A stretch of DNA of 63,758 bases, filler included. It is 4 parts of 4 records of this genome, joined end to end, with 100 filler letters (N's around TTAATTAATTAA, not from the genome) between each part and the next. Parts side by side here need not be neighbours in the genome. Positions count along the whole stretch, not along the records: positions 27,117 to 42,811 come from DRR723986_11194; 3 more parts are not named here. The stretch is one strand, 5' to 3'. Below the pieces are notes generated by a model. That model did no database searches. It was not told the origin of the DNA and saw only the letters and a program-made list of their open reading frames with translations. The stretch's first letter is position 1. Every line of letters starts with the position of its first letter. Of the stretch, positions 30,078 to 40,250 are shown piece by piece. Made by a program: the position numbers and the translations under genes.

Positions 30078-30099
30078 TTTTGTACCGATTAGTCTTAAA
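30078..30099. promoter_or_regulatory. Possible TetR operator between the divergent tetR and YHS genes
   Basis: Imperfect palindrome ttttgtaccgattagtcttaaa, resembling NemR-type boxes. Confidence 0.3.
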
Positions 30100-30176
30100 C
30101 TCTATCTGTTTGTTGTCCGAGCCAACCGGGCTTCGATCTGTCGGCGCTTAGCGCCGTCTCTCAAGAAAGGAAGAAC

Positions 30177-30650
30177 ATGAAACTGATCAAACGTACCTGT
30201 CTTGCTGCCGTTGCAACCTTCGCCGTCGCGACCGCGGCTCTGGCAGCTGGCCCCGAACTCAACGCCTCTTCAACAGGTCTCGCTTTGCAGGGCTATGACC
30301 CCGTCGCGTATTTCACCGAAGGTGAAGCCACCAAGGGCAGCTACAAGATCACCGCGTCACACGAAGACGCAACCTATTGGTTTTCGAGCGAAGAGCACAA
30401 AGCCACGTTTGTTGCGAACCCAGATGCCTACGCCCCAGAATATGGCGGCTACTGTGCATTTGGCGCGGCCATGGGCTTCAAATTTGACGGCGATCCAAAC
30501 CATTGGAAAATCGTAGACGGCGAGCTTTTCTTGAACCTTTCGAAAGACATCCAGGAACGCTGGTCCCAAGATATTCCGGGCTTCATCAAACAAGCGGATA
30601 ACAACTGGGTGACAATCGAAAATGCCACACCCGCTTCGCTGCAACAATAA
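30177..30650 (+). CDS. Secreted YHS-domain protein
   Basis: Signal peptide; GYDPVAYF, PEYGGYCAF, WKIVDGELFLN. Confidence 0.9.
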   Translation: MKLIKRTCLAAVATFAVATAALAAGPELNASSTGLALQGYDPVAYFTEGEATKGSYKITASHEDATYWFSSEEHKATFVANPDAYAPEYGGYCAFGAAMGFKFDGDPNHWKIVDGELFLNLSKDIQERWSQDIPGFIKQADNNWVTIENATPASLQQ

Positions 30651-31358
30651 CGCAGCGACTCGACATTGGGTTTGTGACCCTAGCAACCTTTGCTAGGATA
30701 GCGGTACTGCACTCTTTTTTCTGTGAGAGTGTCAGTGCCGCCAATCCACGCCACGGTCCAGCAAGGCCTCACCCAACTAATGTCAAGGTGAACCCAAGAC
30801 CTGCATGTGTGGTTTCGGATCAGAAAGTCCATGCAAACTACACGTGCAGCATAGAGCAGCAGGCTTCAAAGTCCGCTACGGGCTGTTTGCTCGACTTTGC
30901 CAAGGTTACTAACTGCGCAAAGCTGCCGCTCGATCCGACCCATCAACGTGGGTTGTCTGGCGGAAACTGTCAGATGACGGCTAGCAGCCCAAAGCGGCCC
31001 CATGCTTGGTGACCAGCCAACTAGGTCAGCACATGCATGTCCGGCGAATTGCGGAAGTTCGCCGCAGCCGCGAACGGTCTCCGGTCTACCTGCGGAAGCA
31101 GACTTTCAACTAAGCCGTCCCGGCCGGCACCTACACAAGCGACCCTGACGGAGGACACCGGACATTCGCTGTGCAAACAAAGTGAGCAAGAAACTTGGCT
31201 ACCGGATAGTCAGCGCTCCATTCATTCTGCGCCGATGCATTTCTCATTTTCCCCAGATATCAAACTCCACTGCATGACCTAAGTTCCATGCATCGACTTG
31301 GCCAAGACGATTTTCAAAAATCTATGAGCAACCTGCTCAAACTGAAAGGAAGCTAAAT

Positions 31359-31502
31359 ATGTCTACCAAAGATGACATGGACAACCGTTCCAATCAACTT
31401 AACCCGAATAACGACGAGTATTGGGGAAGCCGCGGCTATGACGGCCGCCCCGATGACTGGGAAGAAGAGTATGACAGCTTGCGCTATGCTTCAATCTTTT
31501 GA
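31359..31502 (+). CDS. Small 47-aa acidic protein (NRSNQLNPNN motif), absent from the ORF track
   Basis: AAAGGA RBS 8 nt upstream of the ATG; translates MSTKDDMDNRSNQLNPNNDEYWGSRGYDGRPDDWEEEYDSLRYASIF*. Confidence 0.7.
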   Translation: MSTKDDMDNRSNQLNPNNDEYWGSRGYDGRPDDWEEEYDSLRYASIF

Positions 31503-32584
31503 TCGGCTGAAATAGTCGGAGCAGGCCCGCTGTCTAGGTGGGCCTGTATCGCACGATTCAATTGGTCGAAAAACAGGGAATGCGGCTTATCCTCATCAGG
31601 TACGGCCCCGCTTTTGAGAGTGTCCAGAAAGCGACAGGACCGCGCCATAAGCTGCGCCATCATGATTGAAGAATTATGGTCATTGGGATGATAGTCATCC
31701 GAGGCATAGCATTTTAGCAAAGCCTCTTTTGTCATATCGAACGTCGGGATCTCTGTTCCAGAAAGGAATTTCCACACTTCCCTGTCGTTGGTGGTCGAGT
31801 TTCCGAAGGCCTTTTCAATAAACTCGGTCTTGGTCTTAAAGTCGGACTGTTCATACCCAGTTTCAAGAATGCTAGCGACGGCTAATCTTGGGTGCGCTCG
31901 ACCGTCTTCAACCGCAAAGAACAAATCTATGCTCCGTTTTATGAGCAATTCCTGACGCTTTAGATCCTGTTCTTGCTTCTCGATCGCTTCAAACCAAAAC
32001 ACCCAGGCCAAGCTGAGTAGGCCCATAATCCTAAATGCCTCAACAATATCATCAGGAACCGCATTTGCGTGTTCAAGGGGTTGGACCGCAAATCCGAACC
32101 ATCTCCTCCAGATCGGATCGTCTAGTACGATCAGTTTTCGAAAGAGAGCATGCGGGCCATCATCTTGAACAAGTTTGTTTGCTTGCTGCGAGACCGTTAG
32201 CAGGCTGTACAGGTATGCTAGGGTCCGAGGCATTCTATCGGCAGGCATATTCGATTGGATACCGTACCAAAGCTCCAAGACTGCTTGATCTGCGGTCAAG
32301 CTTGAATATTCGTCGTCATCGTTGATCGAAGCATAGAATTTGCAAAGTGCCTCAGGGAAAGGATCATCTTTGTCTTTAAACCAATGTTTCCGTACTGCTT
32401 CCATTAGAGTGAAGAGGCGTTCCTTGGATACCGCTTTGCCCGTGAGTATATCCCTTAGAATTCTGTGTTCTGCTTGATTGCCACCATCTTTTTTTGGGGC
32501 TCGAACCTCTTTGCCCAAGGCCAAATTACCCACAGAAGAGGTCCCGCAGAATTTTGCAAAGAGGCTAAGATCAGGAAGAAACAT
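31484..32584 (-). CDS. Hypothetical protein (366 aa)
   Basis: Long ORF with low-GC codon usage; no family recognised; possible HTH-like segments. Confidence 0.6.
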   Translation of the reverse strand: MFLPDLSLFAKFCGTSSVGNLALGKEVRAPKKDGGNQAEHRILRDILTGKAVSKERLFTLMEAVRKHWFKDKDDPFPEALCKFYASINDDDEYSSLTADQAVLELWYGIQSNMPADRMPRTLAYLYSLLTVSQQANKLVQDDGPHALFRKLIVLDDPIWRRWFGFAVQPLEHANAVPDDIVEAFRIMGLLSLAWVFWFEAIEKQEQDLKRQELLIKRSIDLFFAVEDGRAHPRLAVASILETGYEQSDFKTKTEFIEKAFGNSTTNDREVWKFLSGTEIPTFDMTKEALLKCYASDDYHPNDHNSSIMMAQLMARSCRFLDTLKSGAVPDEDKPHSLFFDQLNRAIQAHLDSGPAPTISADQKIEA

Positions 32585-33282
32585 GGCAATCTACTTTCTG
32601 TAGCAAATAGCTAAAGAGCCATTTTCCCCATCATACAGCCTCTGTCGCACACTGTCGGACGGGATGGCTTTGTGCTTACACCTTTTCTTCGTCCTCGTTG
32701 ACGACAGGAAAGAACGACCACTTCACGAGGATCGATCCGAAGGGCGACCAAGAGAGTGATGCAAACCACCAAGACCCAAGAGTGTGGCCGCGCGATTCCG
32801 CATACCACCAACAACAGATATGTTGCCCAAATCAGCAATGCTAGACTGGCTAGAACTAAAAAATCTAACATCCCGTCATATTAACCAAGGCATGGTTCCG
32901 GCACCAGATCAGACGGTCTGATTGTTGCTCTCTTGATATGCTTTTTTCTAGGGCAACGTAGAGCCCAAAACACAGTTTTCCCCGCACAGTTGACTTTGGC
33001 CTCCCAACGCGCGGGGGAAGAGGTAACGGGCGACCGTTTTGGGGAATCTGCATCGAAGCGTTGACCATCCCGTCAGTGGTCCGGTTAGGGCCGATCAGGT
33101 CACTCTGGCAAGCCCGCGTCCCCTGCTTTGCAAATGTTGCTTTCTGCGCATAGCCGCCGTCCCCTGCGGGTGGCTGCTCCCAACTCGAAGCGGTCCTTGG
33201 CTGCTGACACCTCGGGCGGTAAGTAGTCGTTCGCCGCGCTTGCGATATCGATAGCTATAATTGTATCGAGCGGACCTTCGAC

Positions 33283-36200
33283 TTATCGACATCTCAGAAC
33301 CGCTTCATAGCATTTGGGAAAGTACGACCGATCGTGTTCTGATAGTGCTGCAATAGCACTTCTACTCTTCGCTGAGATCCTTATAGGAACTTTAATTGAA
33401 CCAACTCCTGAAACTATCACTGCTGCCGTCTTTGTTGCAAATTTCCCATCGTATTCTCCAGATTTGATATACTTTTGAATTTTGATCAAAATGATTAGGT
33501 TGCGGTGCCGTGATCTAAGGATTTTTTTGAGCTTGTCGGTGTCGACTGCCAGCCTATCCCCAACTGTTTCCGTCTCATGTCGGCCTTGTCCTTCCCGCAG
33601 CCCCCACGCCTCTGAACGCATGAACACATTTTGGCTTTCATCCATCCAAGAACGACCGAAATCATCAGTCCGCTTTAGTGATAACGCTGCTATCGTTTTG
33701 TCGTTTGGCCTTGTTCTTCCGGCGACATGCTTGACAGCGTATGGATCAGAAGCATCGATGCCTTCGCGATGAATCTCTTCAGTAAAAAGCCACGGCTCCA
33801 CCGGCACTGCTTCAGATCCGCTCGTTGGATGATCGTCTTCATCTGGTAGCCATTGAAAGAATGCGTCCGTCAACAGCAGACTTTCAACAACAGCAACAGT
33901 GTCTTCTGGTCTCACAAAACCTGATGCAATTTTGACATCGTTTCCGTTGTCATCTTGCCAAAAGCCATTCACATAAAGCTGATCTGGCTCAAGCCTTCCT
34001 TGTTCAACGCCAGTAATTGAAGCAATAACTCGTCGCTCATACGACTTGGTCTGTTCCTTGGGCTCATCGATTTTTAGATCAATGTTGCGTTGATCAATTG
34101 GAAACAAGTCCATGGCATCTGCCAGCCAAGCTTGTCCATCAATCGTTGGAAGATAGTCGGCTATCCAATCTTCCCAAGGGTCGTCTCGCCAATAGTGCTC
34201 AGCCAATTTGTGAGTTTTGAAGTATTTTCCAACTGAAACCCAAACGGCGTGATGCGCCAGATATGCACCGTATCCGTCAGTAAACCTATCCCCATCATTC
34301 CAGTCATCACCGCTCAGGTTCCTAGGGCACTCCCGCATATACTTTATGTCGCTGTTCCATTGCCTTACTTGTGCTGCGACCTCCTCTTCAACGCGCCAAG
34401 TGTCTATGTGGAAGAGTTCGCCAACCCCGTTGAGTGTATTTTTGTCGAAGTCGTGATCGAAGTAGAAGCCGGCATCGCTCCGGTATTTTCCGTCTGGTCT
34501 ACCGCCATAGTGGTCGCGGCGATGGTCGAGCTGGTCTTTTGAAACAATTCCTTGTGCCTTCATTTTTTGAGCAATGCTGGAAAGCACCTTTGAAACAGGG
34601 GCGTCCAGTGCGCGCTTTGGTATCGCGTTAAGGACGCTGAAAGCGTAGTGCCTGATCAATGCATGATCTGTTTGAGATTGGATCGCGTCGACAAAAAAAC
34701 TCTGAAGGCCCTTAAGCGCACCTGGCATTTCACAGGCAATTTTCGAGAAAGCAACCATCATCCAAAGCTTTGCATGCAAATGATAAAAGGGAAGCTCCAC
34801 ATCGTTGAATGGTACGGCATCTTCGCGGTCAAATTGGCCCATGATTTGAACCAGAACATCAAAAGAACCCAGGCGAGCCAACCGGACCATTGAATGCGCT
34901 GCTCGCCACCGATCTCTGGCATCCGGAGCGCCAAGTCGAAACCAAAGTAACTGTGCCACAATGCTCTCTTGATCTTCTTCCAGAGAGTATTCTTCTGAAA
35001 ACTCGGGATCTGTCAAACCTGCAGGTATTGTCTCTGCTAGCCCAGAAACGACCTGAGAAAACGCATCTTGGAAGGTCGAATGGGTTACTTTTTTCGAAAA
35101 CCAATACGCATATCTGAGCCAATCGCACGCAGAAAAACTCGTTAAGTCTGACCTACTCGCCAAAAGTGCACAGCATAAAGTTTCTGCTTCTTGCCCCTTA
35201 GATCGGAGTATTAACTCCCGAAAAACTGAGTCAGTAGACCAAGCCCCGCCCCAAAGTTCGTCCGCGTGCGATTTCGCAAGAGCTATCGGCAGTTGCTTAT
35301 AGAAATCTTGAATTGCTAAAGACGAGTTTCCGAAATCCCCTGATACGGCTTCAAGCGCCGCAAGCTTTTCTCGAAGCTCCGCAACCTCGGAGTTTTGAAT
35401 AACGTTTAGGAACTTTATTCGTTCATCTAACCTTTTGACGTCTTTGGAAAGGCTCAAGAGCGCGGATTGTGCGTTTTGATAATCGCCTTTTTTATTGGCC
35501 ACCTCTTGGAGATACTCATCGACCTTGTCAACGTCGAAGCGGTCCACCTCAAACGAAGCTGAACGCGGCCTGTCCTGCTCCTCCAATATCCTAAGGTCTC
35601 CATACTCCTTCTTGTATCTTTTGCTTGCAAGATCGAACGCCGCTTCGACGCGCTTTCGCGAGCAATTGTCGGGCGGCAACTTGGTAAACCCCACGACAAC
35701 ATCCTTTAGACTGTCCTGCGGGACGCCGCCTGCGTAAACCCTATCGAATTCTTGGACGACCCACCGCGCAAACTGTTCCATTTCATTTTTCGGAAGCCGT
35801 TCCAACACTTCCCCAACAAAACCGCCCGCATTCCAATCCCACCGTTCGGTAAGCTGATCCAAACCCAACAGCGAAGCGGCTAGTGTGTGGGTCAGTCGCC
35901 CAGACACAATTAGTTCTTGCAGATATGGCAAAAAGCTCCAGCGCAAATCTGCCTTTCCCCTATCTGCTAAGCGCGTGAGGAACGAAACGGAACGAAATCC
36001 ACCTATCCTAGCAAGCCCTTGACTGAAGGTTGGCCAGATGAACTTTTCTTCTTCATAGGGCAGGCCAATTTCGCAAATTCGGTTAAAGTCGTGAACCGCT
36101 TTTTCGTTTATTGGAGGGCCGCCGTATGCTGCAGCTATACTGGCGAGCCAGTTAATTTCGTCGTGGTTGTCAGAACCTACCGCGTCTGCGAAGTTTAGGG

Positions 36201-39200
36201 CCTCCTTAAAGTAGGCGCCAGCCTCGTCACGTGAAGCACCCCAAACAGCTTCACCCAACCGGCAAATTCCATCGAGACGAGATCCAATCTGATCATCTTG
36301 CTTAAGTTTTTCAAATACCTTGGCAGCTAGACAGATTGCTGCTTCATTCGACGCAGACGTTTTTGCCAGGTCTCTGACAACCAGATACATTTCTCGAGGA
36401 TAACCTAATGGTGATTCAGGTATCCAGTCCGCAACTTGTTTAGCCGTCTTCTCGTCCCAGCTTTTTGCCAGGGAAACCAAGCGGCAGATGGGCATGAAGC
36501 TCTGATAGGCAGTATACCGTTTCTGGTCTCGGAAAGGGTAATTGCTCTCTTTCCCGACATCTTCCGCCAACGATGTAAGGCAATCTTGCAATAATCTTGG
36601 ATCGCATTGGCCAGTGAGCAATTTTTGAAGATTTTGTATTATTTGAATTAGAGGCTTGGAACGATGCGCCAAACATCGTTCGATTTTGTCGGTGTCGAGC
36701 TTCTTCGATTTCTTAGACCTTCCCCGCGGCGTTGCGAGTAACCTCTTGCATGCCTCTTCAATTGCTTTGGGTCCGCGCCTCTTGGTGGAGGTTGGAATCT
36801 CTTTCCAAAGTTCCGCAGGAATGGCTTCCCGAACGCTAGCTTTTCTGTTGCCCAGACTACATTCGATTGACGACGCCAAAACCCACCTAACTATATCTCC
36901 GCCGTAGTCGTGTTGATTTTCATAGTCCCATCTTTCTGGACGATCTATGGATGCTCGCACCAAGAACAACTTGGCCTCGTGTTTCAAGCCGAGTAAAAGA
37001 GACTCAGCTGCAAAGTCTAGATAGCCATCCTTTAAGGTGAGTCTTTTCCTGTCCTCCCAACGGTTCCTTGTATCCGTCTCTTCAGTTTCATCATTTTGCG
37101 CCAGAACTTTTAGCAGTGCGATCCTAGTTGAACCTTCCAATTCGAGTTCAGATAGAGCAGCAGACAAACACCAAGACTGTTTTAGCGTACCATCAAGGAG
37201 AAAACCCAACAGTTCGTCTCGGATGCCCACGGCTCTGTCGCTCATATCCAGTTGCTTTTGAAGCATTTCCAGTAAGCTTGCAAAGAACCTGAATGCCTTA
37301 TTGGCGCTGCGCTTAGAAAGCCAGTCGACTATCTTCTTCACTTGCCCGTCCAAGAGCAGAACATAAAGTGGCGACTTCCAATCGGTGGACTTGAAGCCAG
37401 CAGTAATTGCTGGGTCTTCGTCATTTTTGGAATTGTACCAGTTCAACCATTCGATGGACTTGAGTGCTTGACGTTTAGCCTCATTGAAGTCACCTAGGAA
37501 CGCGTAGGTCGCGGCCAAGGTGCCGTGATGCGCTCCCGGCCATTGGGATTTGTTCTCAACCGATCTTCTCAGTGCTTCAGGATCATTGCTTGCTGCTACT
37601 AGCTCAGGGTGACTTTCAATGAGAGCGTCACTTCGATCACTGCCACCTGCAATGCTTGCTGCAAACATTGATAGCCTGAAAACATCATCCGACCGCTGTT
37701 TCGCTGCACAGGCTTCGACGGCTTTTGAAATTCTTGCTAGATGGATGCCTGTCCGAGCAATTTTACTCGTAACCGAACTTGGAATGATCGTGGAAAATGC
37801 CAATTCTACTAGTTCGTCAGTCAAGTTTAGTTCTTGAAGAACGTGAGGAAGACTTCTTGTCGCGTATGTTGAAACGGCCTGCCTCGCCTTCATGTTTGCG
37901 ATAACCCCGTCGAATGCCTTTGCATCGGCTTCGAGGTTCCTGCGCGCAACAGTCTCGGTTGGTTCATCTCGGAAAATCAACCCGTGATCTGTGATTTCGA
38001 TGAGCGGAAATAAATCTGAAAAAAAGCTGACGATTTCAGCTTCTTTCAACGAATATGCATCTGCAATTTCTGCCACGGGGATTGGAGGCGGCATGACAGA
38101 CATGCCGCGTAACAACATGTTTGTTTTTTCACGCGAAACACCTCTTTCGACACTTAATTTTTTTGCGTCTTCGAATTGTTTTTGGATGAGTTCGTCGAGA
38201 AGTTCGCCAGCATTCTTACCTTCGTTTTTAACGTCAGCTCCATCATAGGGTCGTCCGGTATTTAGCAACGCGTCGAGATATCTAGGGTTTCCAAGTGATT
38301 TGGCTTTAAGCACATGGACATCGTTGTCGGAGATATGGGCATCGAATTGGTCGGCCCTTTTCTTGACTTCTTGGCCATCAAATGGAGGAATTTCAAATTT
38401 GGGTAGGTCCAGATCACCCACTGCATCTGCGATACGTTCGGTCCTGCACGAGGCGACCAACAACAATCCATCGATTGGCTCAATCAGCAAAGCTTCGATG
38501 AGCTGGTTCGCAAACGAGTTGGTATTTGTTGCCTCTGCTCTCAGGCCAGCGTGATCCACCGCGTCAAGGAGCAAAACTATCTTCGCCGTATTGCTCCGCC
38601 TTTGGATAGCTGCGGTTGCCTGTTTTAGTCGTTTAAGGCCTGTTCGCAAAAGAGAAGCTTCGTCAGCGCCGGGCAGCAACGGGTCACATAGTCCTTTCAC
38701 CGCTATCGAGTTGACCAAGTGAACCAAACTCCGACTTACCAAGTGGCGTTCGTCGCCCGGCATTCTCCATCGGCCGCCGCCAAACCCATCGTGGAGTATG
38801 CAAAGACAGTTCTCACCAAAGTGCTGAGCTAATGCTTGCAGAGTAACTGTTTTACCTGAACCACCCGCCCCATGGATCAACATAGTGCTTTGGACATCAA
38901 GTAGGTCCGCAACGACGGTGTCTAGGAATGAACGAGCAACTACGTTTTCAACATCAGGAAACGATTGGGGCACAGGGAATAAGTCGTCCTCATCGCTCAA
39001 CTCAAGAGCCCCGAGAACATCAGTGCGTTTCACAACGTTGTCTCTGTATCCTTCCGTTCCGGCCTTATCCCTGAGAAGCTGGCAAAGGCTATGGAAACGG
39101 AATTTAGCTATTACGTCGTTGGCGCCGCCCCAATTTGCCACAATATTTCGTACGCTTGCCTTTTCCCCACGAAGTGAGCGACCCGTCCCGACAATACTGA

Positions 39201-39750
39201 GCTTACTTAACAGCTCGACCAACTCCGTTGAGGCGGTTTCTTCGCCTTCTGTCAGCGTACGGTATTGTTTTTTTTGCATGCCGTTCAGCGAAGAATACGG
39301 CTTCTTTTCGGAAATTGCCCTGATTGCTGTCCTTAGATTGCCACCAACTTCGCGATTGGTCGCAAATTCAAATTCTAAAGCTGCTTCGACCCAACCCGCC
39401 CCATTCAGGGTAATATAGTCACGCCTTGCTTCCAGAAACTTAGATATAGTCTTTGAAATGTGACCAGCGGAAAGCGCTGTAGCATTTTCGGACGCAACAT
39501 ATTTGAATTGAGTCACGATGACTTTTTTGGCGTCTTTTGATGGATGACCACCAAAATACTGGACCATGTCGGCTATATCCATAGTTTCGCTAGAAAACTC
39601 TTCGGATTCTTCTTTTGCGAAACCCTCCATCGCGATAGCGTGGAGATCAGAGCCCGGCATCAATAGCCCCAATGCAACGCGGGAAGCCCAAGCCTCGTGG
39701 TATTCGTGGCCGTCTCGTGAGGCTGCTACAGTAATGGGGTCGTTTGACAA
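33283..39750 (-). CDS. Avs3-like antiviral STAND NTPase (N-terminal PD-(D/E)xK-type nuclease, NACHT-like NTPase, large C-terminal sensor)
   Basis: N-terminal ASRDGHEYHEAW…D..QYFG…QFKY resembles Avs3a as I recall it; Walker A GAGGSGKT, Walker B LLLDAVD, RWRAAH; 2155 aa; TTG start with GGAGA RBS. Confidence 0.8.
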   Translation of the reverse strand: MSNDPITVAASRDGHEYHEAWASRVALGLLMPGSDLHAIAMEGFAKEESEEFSSETMDIADMVQYFGGHPSKDAKKVIVTQFKYVASENATALSAGHISKTISKFLEARRDYITLNGAGWVEAALEFEFATNREVGGNLRTAIRAISEKKPYSSLNGMQKKQYRTLTEGEETASTELVELLSKLSIVGTGRSLRGEKASVRNIVANWGGANDVIAKFRFHSLCQLLRDKAGTEGYRDNVVKRTDVLGALELSDEDDLFPVPQSFPDVENVVARSFLDTVVADLLDVQSTMLIHGAGGSGKTVTLQALAQHFGENCLCILHDGFGGGRWRMPGDERHLVSRSLVHLVNSIAVKGLCDPLLPGADEASLLRTGLKRLKQATAAIQRRSNTAKIVLLLDAVDHAGLRAEATNTNSFANQLIEALLIEPIDGLLLVASCRTERIADAVGDLDLPKFEIPPFDGQEVKKRADQFDAHISDNDVHVLKAKSLGNPRYLDALLNTGRPYDGADVKNEGKNAGELLDELIQKQFEDAKKLSVERGVSREKTNMLLRGMSVMPPPIPVAEIADAYSLKEAEIVSFFSDLFPLIEITDHGLIFRDEPTETVARRNLEADAKAFDGVIANMKARQAVSTYATRSLPHVLQELNLTDELVELAFSTIIPSSVTSKIARTGIHLARISKAVEACAAKQRSDDVFRLSMFAASIAGGSDRSDALIESHPELVAASNDPEALRRSVENKSQWPGAHHGTLAATYAFLGDFNEAKRQALKSIEWLNWYNSKNDEDPAITAGFKSTDWKSPLYVLLLDGQVKKIVDWLSKRSANKAFRFFASLLEMLQKQLDMSDRAVGIRDELLGFLLDGTLKQSWCLSAALSELELEGSTRIALLKVLAQNDETEETDTRNRWEDRKRLTLKDGYLDFAAESLLLGLKHEAKLFLVRASIDRPERWDYENQHDYGGDIVRWVLASSIECSLGNRKASVREAIPAELWKEIPTSTKRRGPKAIEEACKRLLATPRGRSKKSKKLDTDKIERCLAHRSKPLIQIIQNLQKLLTGQCDPRLLQDCLTSLAEDVGKESNYPFRDQKRYTAYQSFMPICRLVSLAKSWDEKTAKQVADWIPESPLGYPREMYLVVRDLAKTSASNEAAICLAAKVFEKLKQDDQIGSRLDGICRLGEAVWGASRDEAGAYFKEALNFADAVGSDNHDEINWLASIAAAYGGPPINEKAVHDFNRICEIGLPYEEEKFIWPTFSQGLARIGGFRSVSFLTRLADRGKADLRWSFLPYLQELIVSGRLTHTLAASLLGLDQLTERWDWNAGGFVGEVLERLPKNEMEQFARWVVQEFDRVYAGGVPQDSLKDVVVGFTKLPPDNCSRKRVEAAFDLASKRYKKEYGDLRILEEQDRPRSASFEVDRFDVDKVDEYLQEVANKKGDYQNAQSALLSLSKDVKRLDERIKFLNVIQNSEVAELREKLAALEAVSGDFGNSSLAIQDFYKQLPIALAKSHADELWGGAWSTDSVFRELILRSKGQEAETLCCALLASRSDLTSFSACDWLRYAYWFSKKVTHSTFQDAFSQVVSGLAETIPAGLTDPEFSEEYSLEEDQESIVAQLLWFRLGAPDARDRWRAAHSMVRLARLGSFDVLVQIMGQFDREDAVPFNDVELPFYHLHAKLWMMVAFSKIACEMPGALKGLQSFFVDAIQSQTDHALIRHYAFSVLNAIPKRALDAPVSKVLSSIAQKMKAQGIVSKDQLDHRRDHYGGRPDGKYRSDAGFYFDHDFDKNTLNGVGELFHIDTWRVEEEVAAQVRQWNSDIKYMRECPRNLSGDDWNDGDRFTDGYGAYLAHHAVWVSVGKYFKTHKLAEHYWRDDPWEDWIADYLPTIDGQAWLADAMDLFPIDQRNIDLKIDEPKEQTKSYERRVIASITGVEQGRLEPDQLYVNGFWQDDNGNDVKIASGFVRPEDTVAVVESLLLTDAFFQWLPDEDDHPTSGSEAVPVEPWLFTEEIHREGIDASDPYAVKHVAGRTRPNDKTIAALSLKRTDDFGRSWMDESQNVFMRSEAWGLREGQGRHETETVGDRLAVDTDKLKKILRSRHRNLIILIKIQKYIKSGEYDGKFATKTAAVIVSGVGSIKVPIRISAKSRSAIAALSEHDRSYFPKCYEAVLRCR

Positions 39751-40250
39751 AGGCTTCTCCCAAAATTCTCATATTTGGCGACTGGTAGCTTTCTAAATGG
39801 CGTACGGCTTGACGAGACGGCATACAAGTCAATTGAACTGCCGCGCTTTGCACAAATATCTGCAAAGCGGGCTGCAACCGCAGCATCGAGGCGATGTCGC
39901 CAATACTGGCTCAGGGCCGAACGCTTCTGCCCTGAGCCGGGGCACGATAGTATACTCGCAAGTCGATTACGCAATCAGGCCGTTGGGGCGGGATAAAAGC
40001 GCGACAGGTCCAGATTGGTGTCGCCACTTGATTTGCTTCGATAACCCGTCAGACAAGGGTGACTAAGGGCTTCTACTGCCATCTATAAGTAGCCAGACGA
40101 ACTTTGCCCAGAAAACGCAATAAAGCGGCAAAATCACTTGCTTCAGCAGGCAAGAATGGTGTCTTTTTGACGCCCAACACTGAGAGATTTTATCAAGGGT
40201 CCCATCGCCATCTGACCGTAAAGTGGACCGATTTAGAGAGATCCAAACCT

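Noticed and set aside
30177-30650. Selenoprotein form of the YHS protein
   Set aside because: Cys codon present (YCAF) and no in-frame TGA
32611-32871. 86-aa hydrophobic ORF as a possible avs3b
   Set aside because: No recognisable similarity and a weak start context; cannot be supported
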